Source: Thermoplasmata archaeon | GTDB taxonomy: Archaea > Thermoplasmatota > Thermoplasmata > RBG-16-68-12 > JAFNFQ01 | Assembly: GCA_041489255.1 (NCBI GenBank) | Contig: JBGPQV010000007.1 | Span: 34,362-98,361 of the forward strand | Direction of reading: 5' to 3' | Length of the DNA stretch: 64,000 nt | Part shown: piece after piece, positions 1-9,603 of the stretch | Layout of the letters: every line of letters begins with the position of its first letter | Numbering within the stretch: the stretch's first letter is position 1 | The notes under the pieces: model-generated | What the model was told of the DNA's origin: nothing | Databases searched by the model: none | The model's input: only the letters and a program-made list of their open reading frames with translations | Made by a program: the position numbers and the translations under genes

Positions 1-4
1 CCGC

Positions 5-841
5 CTATGACGGGTAGAAGACCGCGACCATGGTCCCGCGTACATAGCGGTCCACCGCGTCTTGACCCGCCGCCATGTAACCGGCCATGTAGTAGGTGTA
101 CGTGCCCGCCGTGACGGTCTCGATCCATTGGCTCGACTGTGTCGAACCATAGACTGCCGTGGACGCCCCGGACTCGATGTAATAGACTCCCAGTTGATCG
201 TCTATGGCGTCGCAGGTCGCCACGTCCGTCGTGATCTTGAACCAGTAGGCGTCTGTCTGGCCGCTCGTGTGACTGAGCAGATCGTACTGCCATGCGCTTA
301 TCACTATCTGGCCGTCTGCCGGGACGGTGATGGTCAGCTGCATGAAGGCTTGGCACGAGGCCGTGATGGTCGTGACCGTGCCGAAGACTGTGGAAACCAT
401 GAGTGTGCCCGGGCCCGGCGGACCCTGCAGGCCCTGCGGACCTTGCGCGCCCGCGCAGTCGAGCACGTCCACGACGAGATCGCCGTTTATGTCTTCGGTC
501 GCCAGGTCCCCCACGCGATTGCCATTCAGGTCCCAGCAAGCAAGGCCAGTCAGGCCCGTGTTCCCGGGCAATCCCTGATTTCCCTGCAATCCCTGGTCTC
601 CCTGAACTCCCTGGATTCCTTGGTCTCCCTTCGGCCCCGCGGGCCCCGGGAACATTACCATGCCGACCAGCGCAAGCGCCAGACCGGCGGCACCAAGTGC
701 CAGAGCCACGCCAGCCAGCGCGTTCCCCTTGCGAGGAGGGGAGATCGGCTCCGGCGCGGGACTCGGCGGCGGTGGCATCATCTGCGGCTGAGGCGGCGGC
801 ATTCCTGCACCTGTCGTCTGTCCTGAACTCCAACCTGACAT
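5..841 (-). CDS. Membrane-anchored collagen-like (Gly-X-Y) protein with C-terminal beta-rich domain
   Basis: Start MSGWSS at 841 with AAGGAG upstream; Pro-rich N-terminus, one TM segment, GPAGPKGDQGIQGVQG... repeats interrupted by CWDLNGN..EDINGD..DC. Confidence 0.8.
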   Translation of the reverse strand: MSGWSSGQTTGAGMPPPQPQMMPPPPSPAPEPISPPRKGNALAGVALALGAAGLALALVGMVMFPGPAGPKGDQGIQGVQGDQGLQGNQGLPGNTGLTGLACWDLNGNRVGDLATEDINGDLVVDVLDCAGAQGPQGLQGPPGPGTLMVSTVFGTVTTITASCQAFMQLTITVPADGQIVISAWQYDLLSHTSGQTDAYWFKITTDVATCDAIDDQLGVYYIESGASTAVYGSTQSSQWIETVTAGTYTYYMAGYMAAGQDAVDRYVRGTMVAVFYPS

Positions 842-966
842 GATTGATTTCTCCTTTGTGTCCATCACGGATGGACTGCGGTGAATCTGCATCGCCGATA
901 TCAAAGTTCTTCTCAGTCTCTGAGTTTTGATAAGCATCGAAGAGGCGGCGGGAAGGGGCGCACCGA

Positions 967-1305
967 TCAAGGGTGGCGGTGCCGCTCGTATGGCCGCCGC
1001 CATGCCCTGCCATCCAGGAACATCCCCCACCTGAAGATGGCGAATATCATCGCCCCGATGATGAGCAGGACCAGGCCGATGCAGCAGGTCCCGAAGTACT
1101 GGAACCCGCCGAAGAAGATCTCGATGATGTTCCTGTCGTCGCAGTGCAGGCCGCAGTCGATGATGCCCGTGAACGCAACCCACGCGAAGATCGCGAAGAA
1201 GATGAGGCCGACGATGAGGCATGTGAACCCTATGATCCACCAGTAGACACGCTCCGCATAGGCTTCGGGGTTCTGGATCGGTCCACGGATGAGTCCGCCG
1301 AACAT
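967..1305 (-). CDS. Small Cys-containing membrane protein (2 TM), hypothetical
   Basis: Two hydrophobic segments around a DCGLHCDD loop; start (1305 vs 1341) uncertain. Confidence 0.6.
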   Translation of the reverse strand: MFGGLIRGPIQNPEAYAERVYWWIIGFTCLIVGLIFFAIFAWVAFTGIIDCGLHCDDRNIIEIFFGGFQYFGTCCIGLVLLIIGAMIFAIFRWGMFLDGRAWRRPYERHRHP

Positions 1306-1374
1306 CGCGGGGAGTCGCAGTGCGGCCCGATACCTAAGCATTGCCCCCTGATTCTCAGGCGGGGATGGTGGGTG

Positions 1375-2583
1375 CTACTTCGCCCCGAACAGGCCGAGGA
1401 CCTTCCCGATGTCGTCGAACACGGCGGCGATCTGCGCACCCTCCTCCTTGGAGAGGCTGTCCATCTCGTGCACCGCCTCGACGAACTGGAGCATGACGTG
1501 AACCGCGTCTGCGGTGTCGAAGTCGTCGTCCATAGCCTTGAAGAACCTTGCCTTGGTGGATCTGACGACCGCATCGGCCTTCCCCCCGCTCGGCGTGCCT
1601 TCCGCGCGCTTCGCCTTCTCTATCGCCTCGTGCACGTGCGCCAGCTCCTCCTCCGTCCTCTTGAAGCAGTCGCGGTCGTACTCCACGTTCTTCCTGTAGT
1701 GCTCCTTGAGGAGGCAGAGGCGTATGGCTTCAGGGTTGTAATTGCTGAGCAGGTCCCTGAGGATGACGAAGTTGCCGAGGGACTTGGACATCTTCTCCTG
1801 CTCGATCGTGATGAATGCGTTGTGCAGCCAGAAGTCGCACCAGTTCTCCACGAACGCCTCGCTGATCATCAGCTCGCTCTCGTGGTGGGGGAAGACCAGG
1901 TCGGTGCCGCCGCAGTGCACGTCGATGGCGGGGCCGAGGTACCTGTTCGACATCGCGAAGCACTCGACGTGCCAGCCAGGTCGCCCCTTGCCCCATGGGC
2001 TGTCCCAGGAAGGCTGGCCCTCATCCGACTTCCGCCAGAGGGCGAAATCGAGCGGGTTCTCCCTGCCGCCGGTCGTCTGGGCCGCGTCAACCATCATCGT
2101 CCTGATGTCACGGTGGCTGAGGGTGCCGAGGGATTTCGCCTTGTCCACCCTGAAGAATACGCTGCCGTCAGCCGCATAGGCATACCCCTTGTCGATCAAA
2201 CCCTTGACCGTCGCGACTATCTCCGGTATATGCTCCGTGACCCTGGGATACACCTCAGCGCGCCTCACGTTCAAGCGGTCCATGTCATCGAGGAAAGCTC
2301 GGATGTTCATCTCCGCGAGCTCGGACGGCTTGATGCCGTGCTGACCGGCGGTGCGGATGATGCTGTCCTCTATATCGGTGAAGTTCTGCACGAGGCGGAC
2401 CCTGTGCCCGAGAAAATCGAGGTATCGCCGCACGACATCGAAGGCGACGTAGGAGCGCGCGTGGCCGAGGTGGGCGGGCGCGTAGACCGTCGGCCCGCAG
2501 ACGTACATCAAAACCCCGGAGGGCGTCCTCGGGGCGAACTCCCGCTTGCCGCGGGTCCTTGTGTCATATACCATCAAAGGCAT
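1375..2583 (-). CDS. cysS: Cysteine--tRNA ligase (class I), short 402-aa form
   Basis: YVCGPTVY, HLGH, GRPGWHVEC, GGTDLVFPHHE and KMSKSLGN motifs. Confidence 0.9.
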   Translation of the reverse strand: MPLMVYDTRTRGKREFAPRTPSGVLMYVCGPTVYAPAHLGHARSYVAFDVVRRYLDFLGHRVRLVQNFTDIEDSIIRTAGQHGIKPSELAEMNIRAFLDDMDRLNVRRAEVYPRVTEHIPEIVATVKGLIDKGYAYAADGSVFFRVDKAKSLGTLSHRDIRTMMVDAAQTTGGRENPLDFALWRKSDEGQPSWDSPWGKGRPGWHVECFAMSNRYLGPAIDVHCGGTDLVFPHHESELMISEAFVENWCDFWLHNAFITIEQEKMSKSLGNFVILRDLLSNYNPEAIRLCLLKEHYRKNVEYDRDCFKRTEEELAHVHEAIEKAKRAEGTPSGGKADAVVRSTKARFFKAMDDDFDTADAVHVMLQFVEAVHEMDSLSKEEGAQIAAVFDDIGKVLGLFGAK

Positions 2584-2618
2584 GAGACGGCCCGACCCAC
2601 TAGCAGAGGCCGGTTGGA

Positions 2619-2632
2619 CTTAAGGGTTTTCC
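2619..2632 (-). promoter_or_regulatory. Putative archaeal BRE/TATA promoter of cysS
   Basis: Minus strand GGAAAACCCTTAAG about 36 nt upstream of the ATG. Confidence 0.45.
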
Positions 2633-2644
2633 CCTCGTGAGGGG

Positions 2645-3034
2645 TCAGTCCTGGACCAGCTCAAGGAGGACCCCACCCGTGGATTTGGGGTGGATGAACG
2701 CTATCTTGCGGCCATGGGCCCCAATCCTCGGGGTCTCGTTGACCAGCTGCAGCCCCCTCTCCTTGGCGAGCCTCATCGATTCCTCGATGTTCTCGACACG
2801 CAACGCGATGTGGTGGACCCCTTCGCCTCTCTTCTCGATGGACTTCGCGATGGAGCTTTCAGGCGCGATCGGCTCGAGCAACTCCAGTCTGGTGTCTCCG
2901 ACTGGAAGGAACGCGACCTTCACTCCCTCGCTCGCGACCGTGTCCGTGGAGGAGACCTTGAGCCCGAGCGCCTCGTAGGCCTTGATCGCCGCCTCCATGC
3001 TCCTCACCGCGATTCCCACATGATCGATATTCAT
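2645..3034 (-). CDS. mce: Methylmalonyl-CoA epimerase (VOC family)
   Basis: IDHVGIAV, RGEGVHHIA, FIHPKSTGGVLLELVQ; adjacent to the mutase. Confidence 0.93.
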   Translation of the reverse strand: MNIDHVGIAVRSMEAAIKAYEALGLKVSSTDTVASEGVKVAFLPVGDTRLELLEPIAPESSIAKSIEKRGEGVHHIALRVENIEESMRLAKERGLQLVNETPRIGAHGRKIAFIHPKSTGGVLLELVQD

Positions 3035-3038
3035 GTCC

Positions 3039-4691
3039 TCACAGCTCCTGCTTCGCCCTGTAAGTCCCGAAGGCGTCGCGCAAGACGTCGCTTATCTCGC
3101 CGATGGTAGCGCCGGACTTGACGCAATCCAACACGTAGGGTACGAGATTATCCTTGCCCGCCGCCGCTTCGTTCAACTGTTCGAGCCCCCTCAGCACCGA
3201 GTAGCTCTCGCGGCGTTTCCTGAAGTCCGCGAGGCGGGCCACCTGCCTCTGCTCTATCTTTGGGTCGAGCTTCAGCGTTTCCACCGGCGCGCTCTCCTCG
3301 TCCTCGTAGCTGTTGACGCCGACGATGATTCTTCTCTTCTTCTCCACGTCGAGTTGGAAGCGGTATGCGCTCTCAGCGATCTCCCGCTGCACCCACCCTT
3401 TCTCGATCGCCGCCATCATCCCGCCCATCTTGTCGATCCGCTCGATGTACCTCTTCGCCACCTCGGCGATCGTCTGCGTGAGCTCCTCGACGTAGTAGCT
3501 CCCTGCGAGCGGGTCGATAGTGTTCACCGCCCCGCTCTCGTGCGCAATTATCTGCTGTGTCCTGAGGGCGATGCGGACAGCCTTCTCGCTCGGTATCATC
3601 AGGGCCTCGTCCATGGAGTTGGTATGGAGGGACTGAGTACCGCCGAGCACGCCCGCCAGCGCCTGGTAAGCGACGCGGACGACGTTGTTGTAAGGCTGCT
3701 GGCGGGTGAGGGAGACGCCCGCGGTCTGAGTGTGGAACCTGAGCATCATCGAGGCGGGGTTCTTCGCACCGAACCTCTCCTTCATGATCCTGGCCCAGAG
3801 CATCCTCGCGGCCCTGAACTTCGCGACCTCCTCGAGTAGATCGCTCTGCGCGTTGAAGAAGAAGCTGAGCTGAGGTCCGAACGCATCCACCGCCATGCCG
3901 CGCTTGATCGCCGCGTCGACGTAGGCGATGGCGTCAGCCAGGGTGAAAGCGACCTCTTGGATTGCGGTCGCCCCCGCCTCGCGGATGTGGTAGCCTGAAA
4001 TCGAGATTGCGTTCCACCTCGGCATCTCCCTCGCACAGTAGTCGATGAGGTCGACCGCCAGGCGCATGCTCTCTCGCGGCGGGTAGATGTAGGTACCCCG
4101 GGCGATGTACTCCTTTAGGATGTCGTTCTGGATAGTGCCGCGCAGCTCCTTAGCGGGGACTCCTTGCTTCTCGGCAACGGCGACATAGAACGCGAGAAGG
4201 ACCATTGCAGTCGAGTTGATCGTCATCGAGGTGCTGACCTTCCCGAGAGCGATGCCGTCGAACAGGGTCGACATGTCAGCGAGGGAGCAGATTGCGACGC
4301 CGACCTTGCCGACCTCTCCCCTCGCCATCTCGTTGTCCGAGTCGTAGCCTATCTGCGTCGGCAGGTCGAAGGCGACGCTCAGGCCGGTGTTACCTTGTGA
4401 GAGGAGGTACTTGTAGCGCTTGTTCGACTCCTCCGCCGTGCCGAAGCCGGCGTACTGCCTCATCGTCCACAGGCGGCCGCGATACATCGTCGGGTAGATG
4501 CCGCGCGTGAAGGGGGACTCGCCGGGAAAGGAGATGTCGCGTTCGTAGTCGACCTTGACCATGACCTCCGGGCCGTAGAGCCTTCGCACATCCATTCCCG
4601 ACAAGGTGACGGCTTGTGAGGGCTGCAGATCAGCCGTGGCCGAGCGTTGCGTCCGACGTGCCCTCGATGAATTCACAGTCTTCTTTGCCAA
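3039..4691 (-). CDS. Methylmalonyl-CoA mutase, large (substrate-binding) subunit of a split enzyme
   Basis: [57 protein letters not shown]; RQY and the Arg indicate MCM specificity; no B12-binding domain; start uncertain. Confidence 0.92.
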   Translation of the reverse strand: MAKKTVNSSRARRTQRSATADLQPSQAVTLSGMDVRRLYGPEVMVKVDYERDISFPGESPFTRGIYPTMYRGRLWTMRQYAGFGTAEESNKRYKYLLSQGNTGLSVAFDLPTQIGYDSDNEMARGEVGKVGVAICSLADMSTLFDGIALGKVSTSMTINSTAMVLLAFYVAVAEKQGVPAKELRGTIQNDILKEYIARGTYIYPPRESMRLAVDLIDYCAREMPRWNAISISGYHIREAGATAIQEVAFTLADAIAYVDAAIKRGMAVDAFGPQLSFFFNAQSDLLEEVAKFRAARMLWARIMKERFGAKNPASMMLRFHTQTAGVSLTRQQPYNNVVRVAYQALAGVLGGTQSLHTNSMDEALMIPSEKAVRIALRTQQIIAHESGAVNTIDPLAGSYYVEELTQTIAEVAKRYIERIDKMGGMMAAIEKGWVQREIAESAYRFQLDVEKKRRIIVGVNSYEDEESAPVETLKLDPKIEQRQVARLADFRKRRESYSVLRGLEQLNEAAAGKDNLVPYVLDCVKSGATIGEISDVLRDAFGTYRAKQEL

Positions 4692-4929
4692 GAATCGCGC
4701 ACCTTGGCGGTGAACCGGCGATGGCTTGAAAAGGCTTTCCCACGTCGGCCTGCGATGGGAAGCCTGAAAGCTCTGCGGGCTCCGTTTTCATGTCGCTCGG
4801 GAGTTCGCCGCGGGACAAGGGTCGGAAATCGCTTCTTGATCTCTCCCGGATTGTGAATGCGGCCACCAGATACCGTTATATCCTCAAAGCGGGATGATAT
4901 TCTCACGAAAAAGATTGGGTGTGAGGGGA

Positions 4930-6210
4930 ATGAGCCTGCCTTCCGCTTCTGAGAATCCGCCTGCGTATCAGCCGATATCAGAGCCGCTTCCGCGGTCGAA
5001 ACGTCCGCGACCGAAATGGATCGCGCCAGCCGTAATTGGCGTCGCAGCATTGCTCGTGGTCGTTGCCCTGATGGCAGGCTTCCTCATGATGAATGCGGGA
5101 GACAGAACGCCCCCTGCCGCGGTTTCCAATCTTGCAGCAGCACAAAATCCGGCAGGCAATTCTGTAGAATTGTATTGGAGGGCGCCCGGTGATGATGGCG
5201 ATGCAGGAATGGCGTCGCAATACGATATCAGATACTCATCGTCTCTCATAGACAACGACGAGAAGTATGCAGCCGCGACACCTTGCGTCGGCGAGCCGGC
5301 TCCAGCTGCCCCGGGCACAGTGCAGGCCCTTGAAGTGACGGGCCTGGCACCCGCCGCAACGTATTATTTCGCCCTCAAGACCGCAGACGAGGTGCCGAAC
5401 TGGTCGCCGCTGTCCAACTCGCCGTATGTCACGCTCGAAAGCCCAGACACGGTCCCCCCCGCCAAGGTCACGGACCTGAGACCATCGTTCCCGACGAACT
5501 CCTCCGTGGAGTTGCGCTGGACAGCGCCAGGAGACGACGGCACCGTGGGGACTGCGTCGCAATATGACATCAGATTCGCAACCAGCGAGATAGACACAGA
5601 AGCGGATTTCGCTGCCGCGACGCCCTGCGTAGGAGAGCCCGCCCCCGCCGTCGCAGGCACCGTCCAAACATTCAATGTGACAAGCCTGGCGAACGGTGCG
5701 ATTCACTACTTCGCGCTGAAAACGGCAGACGAGGTTCCCAACTGGTCGCCGCTGTCCAATTCGACAAGCATACTGCCCAACTTCGCCCTCAATGACACGA
5801 CTGGTTCGCTTTGGAACCTATATGATCGCATTCTAATTGGCAAGCCGATTCTCTTGGAATTCATGCATCCCCAATGCTCAGCCTGCATTGATGTCGTCTC
5901 GTCGCTCTTGGGGATATACGCCAACTATGGCGCAAGTCTGGAGCTGGTGAGTGTGGCAGTCACGATGGAGATCACTGGATTCGACAATCCGCCGAACGCC
6001 ACCATGGTCAATGAATTCAGGACTCAATATGGCGCGGTCTGGACTCATCTTGTTGAGACATCCGGGACGCAGGTCCGGGACATGTACGGCATTGACGGGG
6101 TGCCGACATTCTTCTTGGTGGGAAAGGATGGGCGGCTCGTATCCAAGCATGTTGGATCAGGATCAACGGGCGTTTTGATTAGCGAGATAGAGGCGGAACT
6201 GTCGTCATGA
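4930..6210 (+). CDS. Membrane-anchored protein with two fibronectin type III repeats and a C-terminal TlpA/thioredoxin-like domain
   Basis: N-terminal TM; two copies of W(R/T)APGDDG..YDIR..YFALKTADEVPNWSPLSNS; PNFALNDT..GKPILLEF..CSAC..GVPTFFLVGKDG. Confidence 0.85.
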   Translation: MSLPSASENPPAYQPISEPLPRSKRPRPKWIAPAVIGVAALLVVVALMAGFLMMNAGDRTPPAAVSNLAAAQNPAGNSVELYWRAPGDDGDAGMASQYDIRYSSSLIDNDEKYAAATPCVGEPAPAAPGTVQALEVTGLAPAATYYFALKTADEVPNWSPLSNSPYVTLESPDTVPPAKVTDLRPSFPTNSSVELRWTAPGDDGTVGTASQYDIRFATSEIDTEADFAAATPCVGEPAPAVAGTVQTFNVTSLANGAIHYFALKTADEVPNWSPLSNSTSILPNFALNDTTGSLWNLYDRILIGKPILLEFMHPQCSACIDVVSSLLGIYANYGASLELVSVAVTMEITGFDNPPNATMVNEFRTQYGAVWTHLVETSGTQVRDMYGIDGVPTFFLVGKDGRLVSKHVGSGSTGVLISEIEAELSS

Positions 6211-6292
6211 AAATGGATTGAAACAGCAAGCACTTGGAGACCTGTCGTTCGGAGCTTCGGGTATTGCCAGCCACCATCTCTCCTGACTTCGA

Positions 6293-6766
6293 CTATGACC
6301 GGTAGACCGGAACCAAGTCCGTCTTGGCGGGGTATCCGCTGGCGGTGACTTCCACATTGAGTTCAGAGGTGGAAACTCCAGGCGGCAGGATGACCACCAC
6401 GCTGTTGAACTTCACGCAACCGTCCTCGTTGCCATCCGCATCGGTACCCTTGCCGTCCGTGGCGGTCCTGTCGACGCCGACGCCTGAGAGGTGCACGGTG
6501 ATCCCCTTGATCCTCGTGTCGCCCTGATCGAACGCGCAGACTGTGACGTCAACTGTCTTCTTCGCCTGAACGTTGATGCCGGGGTTCGACGTGGTTATCG
6601 GGTTCGGCTCGATCGATATCGTCTTGATGTTCTTCACCGGCGTCCCGCTCAGGCCAGAGAACCATCCGACCACCACGACTAGGGCGAGACCAGCCACAAC
6701 TGCCATAATCAGGAGCTGGAGGGGCAGGCCCTCCAGGCCATCCCTGTCATCTCGAATATGCTTCAT
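6293..6766 (-). CDS. Archaeal pilin-like protein with class III-type signal peptide and Ig-like domain
   Basis: MKHIRDDRDG/LEGLPLQLLIMAVV: charged leader ending in G followed by a hydrophobic helix. Confidence 0.65.
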   Translation of the reverse strand: MKHIRDDRDGLEGLPLQLLIMAVVAGLALVVVVGWFSGLSGTPVKNIKTISIEPNPITTSNPGINVQAKKTVDVTVCAFDQGDTRIKGITVHLSGVGVDRTATDGKGTDADGNEDGCVKFNSVVVILPPGVSTSELNVEVTASGYPAKTDLVPVYRS

Positions 6767-7199
6767 CTTGAATCCCAGATATGAATGCGTCTGTTTATGA
6801 AATGAATCTCTCCCGCGGGCGTATCTTGGCAATCTCGTACCTCCTTAATCATCGAGTAAGATTCGCGGCCTCGGTTCTGACTCACAGATAGCGTGGAATA
6901 TAGCTCAGAAGTCTGCTCTGGGGCGCGCATTGTTTTCTTGCCCTCACTATTTCTCGAAATCGGTCCTTGATACGGCGACTCGATTCGATTCGGAGCGTCT
7001 CGTTGGACTGTCCGCGCGATTCTTGCCCCAAACGTCGCGTCATTCCGCCGAACGCACGCGATGCTTCTTCCAGTGAAGATTCAGAGTCCATCGAGAATCG
7101 CGCGACTGGGACTGACTTGGTCGCCGTCCGGCAAAGCTCGCAGCCGCATCTCCTCCGCCGGAGGCGACCTTGTTGCCATCCGCATCAATGCCACTCCAT

Positions 7200-7650
7200 A
7201 CGGAACGCCTTTCATCCCAATCGGAATGGATTCCATCCCAATCTGAATCCTCTTGGGACAACTGTCCCAGACATGGGGGACAATTGCCCCCAGGTTCGTC
7301 CCGGTTGCCCCAGGCTCCATCCCGATTGCCCCGAGACCGCTCCCTGTTGTTCCGACTTCCATCCTAAAGATAGTATATGCAAGAATGTTCATCCGAATGA
7401 ATGTCCCCATTGTCCCGAGTCCCGGGACAATCGTTCTCAAACCTATCCCAGTTGTCCCCGGACCGATTTCAGTTGCCCCGGAGTCCGTCCCGGTTGTCCC
7501 CGGCTCTGGAGTAATTGCCCCCGAGTCCATCCCAATTGTCCGAGGCATCGGGGGACTGTTTTCGGGTCATCAGCTGTTGTCCGCGATTCAATTCCAATTG
7601 CCCCGAGACCTTTCCCGATTGTCCCCGCAGCCGTCCCAATCGTCCCAGAT
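7200..7650. repeat. Degenerate 21-bp periodic tandem repeat tract
   Basis: TGY(C)CC cores at 7285, 7306, 7327, 7348 and 7453, 7474, 7495, 7516, 7537, then 7578, 7599, 7620; palindrome GGGACA-AC-TGTCCC at 7255-7268. Confidence 0.8.
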
Positions 7651-7769
7651 GGAGGGCAAATGAAGCGGATTCCACGCGATTTCCGCGCTTCCAAGTCGCT
7701 CAGATTCCTTGCAGGGCACGTTTCGCGGCAATAGGAAATCCTTATGACGGGAATCGAGTTCGTCATCGC

Positions 7770-8702
7770 GTGGAACCCCTCGTCATCGAGAGCCTCTCGA
7801 AGGACTACGACGGCTTCAGGGCGCTGGACAGCCTCAATCTGAAGGTCGAGGCGAAGTCCTGCACTGGTTTCCTGGGGCCGAACGGCGCCGGCAAGACCAC
7901 CACGATCAAGATCCTCACGAGCATGCTCAGGGCGACCGGCGGCCGCGCCTTCCTCAACGGTGTCGACGTGACGACCGATCCCAAGGAGGCCCTCGCCAGG
8001 GTCGGCGCAGTCGTGGAGACGCCGGAGTTCTACCCCGAGCTGACGCCGATCGAGACTCTCGACTACTTCGCCAGGCTCAGGGGCATCCCCTCCGACCGCG
8101 CGAAGTCGCGGGTGATGCAGGTCATCGACCAGGTGAAAATGGGAGAGTGGAAGGACCAGAGGATAGGCAAGTTCTCCAAGGGCATGAAGCAGAGGATTGC
8201 GATCGCCCAGGCCCTGCTCCATGAGCCCGACCTCCTTGTCCTCGACGAGCCGACCGCAGGCCTAGACCCGAGGGGCATGGCCGAGGTAAGGGACATCATC
8301 AAGGCATTGCGCCTGCAGGGCTACACCGTCTTCATGAGCAGCCACCTGCTATTCGAGGTGCAGCAGCTCTGCGACAAGGTCGCCGTCGTCGACAAGGGCA
8401 AGCTCCTCATCTACGACACCGTGCAGAACCTCAGCACGAAGAGGCACGTCCTGAAGCTGGAGGTCGACCTCGTCGGCAAGATCGACACGGAGACCTACAC
8501 CAAGGTCTGCGCGCTCGACAAGGTCAAAGGCGCGCAGTGCCCGACGGCCACCAAGATGCTCATAGACTTCGACGGAGACACTGCCGACAGGAGGACGCTG
8601 CTCGAATCCCTGCAGAAACTTGGGCTCCAGGTGTACTCATTCGCCGACGCGGGCGTGGCGCTGGAAGAATTCTACCTGGACCTGATCAAGGAGTCGAGAT
8701 AG
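7770..8702 (+). CDS. ABC transporter ATP-binding protein (ABC-2/multidrug type)
   Basis: GPNGAGKTT Walker A, FSKGMKQR signature, LVLDEPT, SSH; GTG start at 7770 inferred. Confidence 0.93.
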   Translation: MEPLVIESLSKDYDGFRALDSLNLKVEAKSCTGFLGPNGAGKTTTIKILTSMLRATGGRAFLNGVDVTTDPKEALARVGAVVETPEFYPELTPIETLDYFARLRGIPSDRAKSRVMQVIDQVKMGEWKDQRIGKFSKGMKQRIAIAQALLHEPDLLVLDEPTAGLDPRGMAEVRDIIKALRLQGYTVFMSSHLLFEVQQLCDKVAVVDKGKLLIYDTVQNLSTKRHVLKLEVDLVGKIDTETYTKVCALDKVKGAQCPTATKMLIDFDGDTADRRTLLESLQKLGLQVYSFADAGVALEEFYLDLIKESR

Positions 8703-8703
8703 C

Positions 8704-9579
8704 ATGGCGGTAACGAACGCGGAAGCAGGGAAGTATGTCCTCCCCTCCGACTTCGACCAGATAATCACGGTGACCCGCGTCGAGTTCCTGAGGAACCTGC
8801 GGAGGAAGCGCCTCCTGATATTCGCGATAATCATCGCCCTGGTGTCCGCCCTGATACTCGCGGTCCCTCCATTCTTCGGAGGGTACCCGAGCGATCCGAT
8901 ACTGGGCCCTTACAGTTTCGCGCAGAACTTCACGTCCACGATCGACTTCTTGATCATCCTGCTCGCGGTCTTCTACGGCGGCGACGCGCTCGTCTCAGAG
9001 TTCTCCAACAAGACGGGCTACGCGATATTCCCCAATCCTATCCGCCGCTCGTCGCTGTTCATGGGCAAGCTGCTCTCGAGCCTGCTTGCGTGCGTCCTGG
9101 TTCTCGGCGCGTACTACGTCATAATCGCGGCATCGATGATCGCCGTGTATGGCACGCTCGTGATCGAGCTCCTTTATTCATTCCTTTACGCAGTGCTCTA
9201 CATGTCCGCTTGCCTCGGCGTCGCCTTCGCCATCAGCGCCCTCATGAAGTCGACGGTGTCCGCGCTCGTCCTGACCTTCGTGCTCTTCCTCTTCGTCCTG
9301 AGCATGCTGTCGGTCGTACTCATGATCGCGAAGGTGAGGGCAGAGCCCCTGCTGACATTCCAAGCTGGGGTAATCAGCGGCTTTCTGAACGGCCCCTACC
9401 CCGGTTTCTTCCCGCCAACGGAACAGAGGTTCAACCCCGGAGGCGGCAACGCGACCGGGTTCGACTTCGTGCTCTACAACCCGACCGTCACGAACGGGAT
9501 GATCGTCTGCACCGTCTGGCTGGTCGTGTCGCTATTGCTTGCATACGCGGTGTTCCGCCGGCGAGAGATGCTCGGTTAA
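8704..9579 (+). CDS. ABC-2 type transporter permease
   Basis: Six TM segments, PIRRSSLFMGKLL motif, ends FRRREM; follows the ATPase. Confidence 0.9.
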   Translation: MAVTNAEAGKYVLPSDFDQIITVTRVEFLRNLRRKRLLIFAIIIALVSALILAVPPFFGGYPSDPILGPYSFAQNFTSTIDFLIILLAVFYGGDALVSEFSNKTGYAIFPNPIRRSSLFMGKLLSSLLACVLVLGAYYVIIAASMIAVYGTLVIELLYSFLYAVLYMSACLGVAFAISALMKSTVSALVLTFVLFLFVLSMLSVVLMIAKVRAEPLLTFQAGVISGFLNGPYPGFFPPTEQRFNPGGGNATGFDFVLYNPTVTNGMIVCTVWLVVSLLLAYAVFRRREMLG

Positions 9580-9603
9580 GGGACCTTGGCTGTGGTTACT
9601 GGG

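Noticed and set aside
973-2640. 555-aa + strand ORF, and similar long ORFs at 17459..19078, 20141..21439, 35630..36994 and 38068..39666
   Set aside because: Antisense shadows of well-supported genes, expected in high-GC DNA; no recognisable motifs
7200-7650. CRISPR array interpretation of the periodic tracts (also 24.1-24.8 kb and 63.9 kb)
   Set aside because: No identical 24-47 bp repeats with unique spacers; units are contiguous degenerate 21-mers; no cas genes
7515-7769. N-terminal extension of the ABC ATPase (likewise the extensions of 5..1240, 10418..12724 and 42063..42800)
   Set aside because: These run through repeat, intergenic or neighbouring-gene sequence; family homology starts at the later start codons
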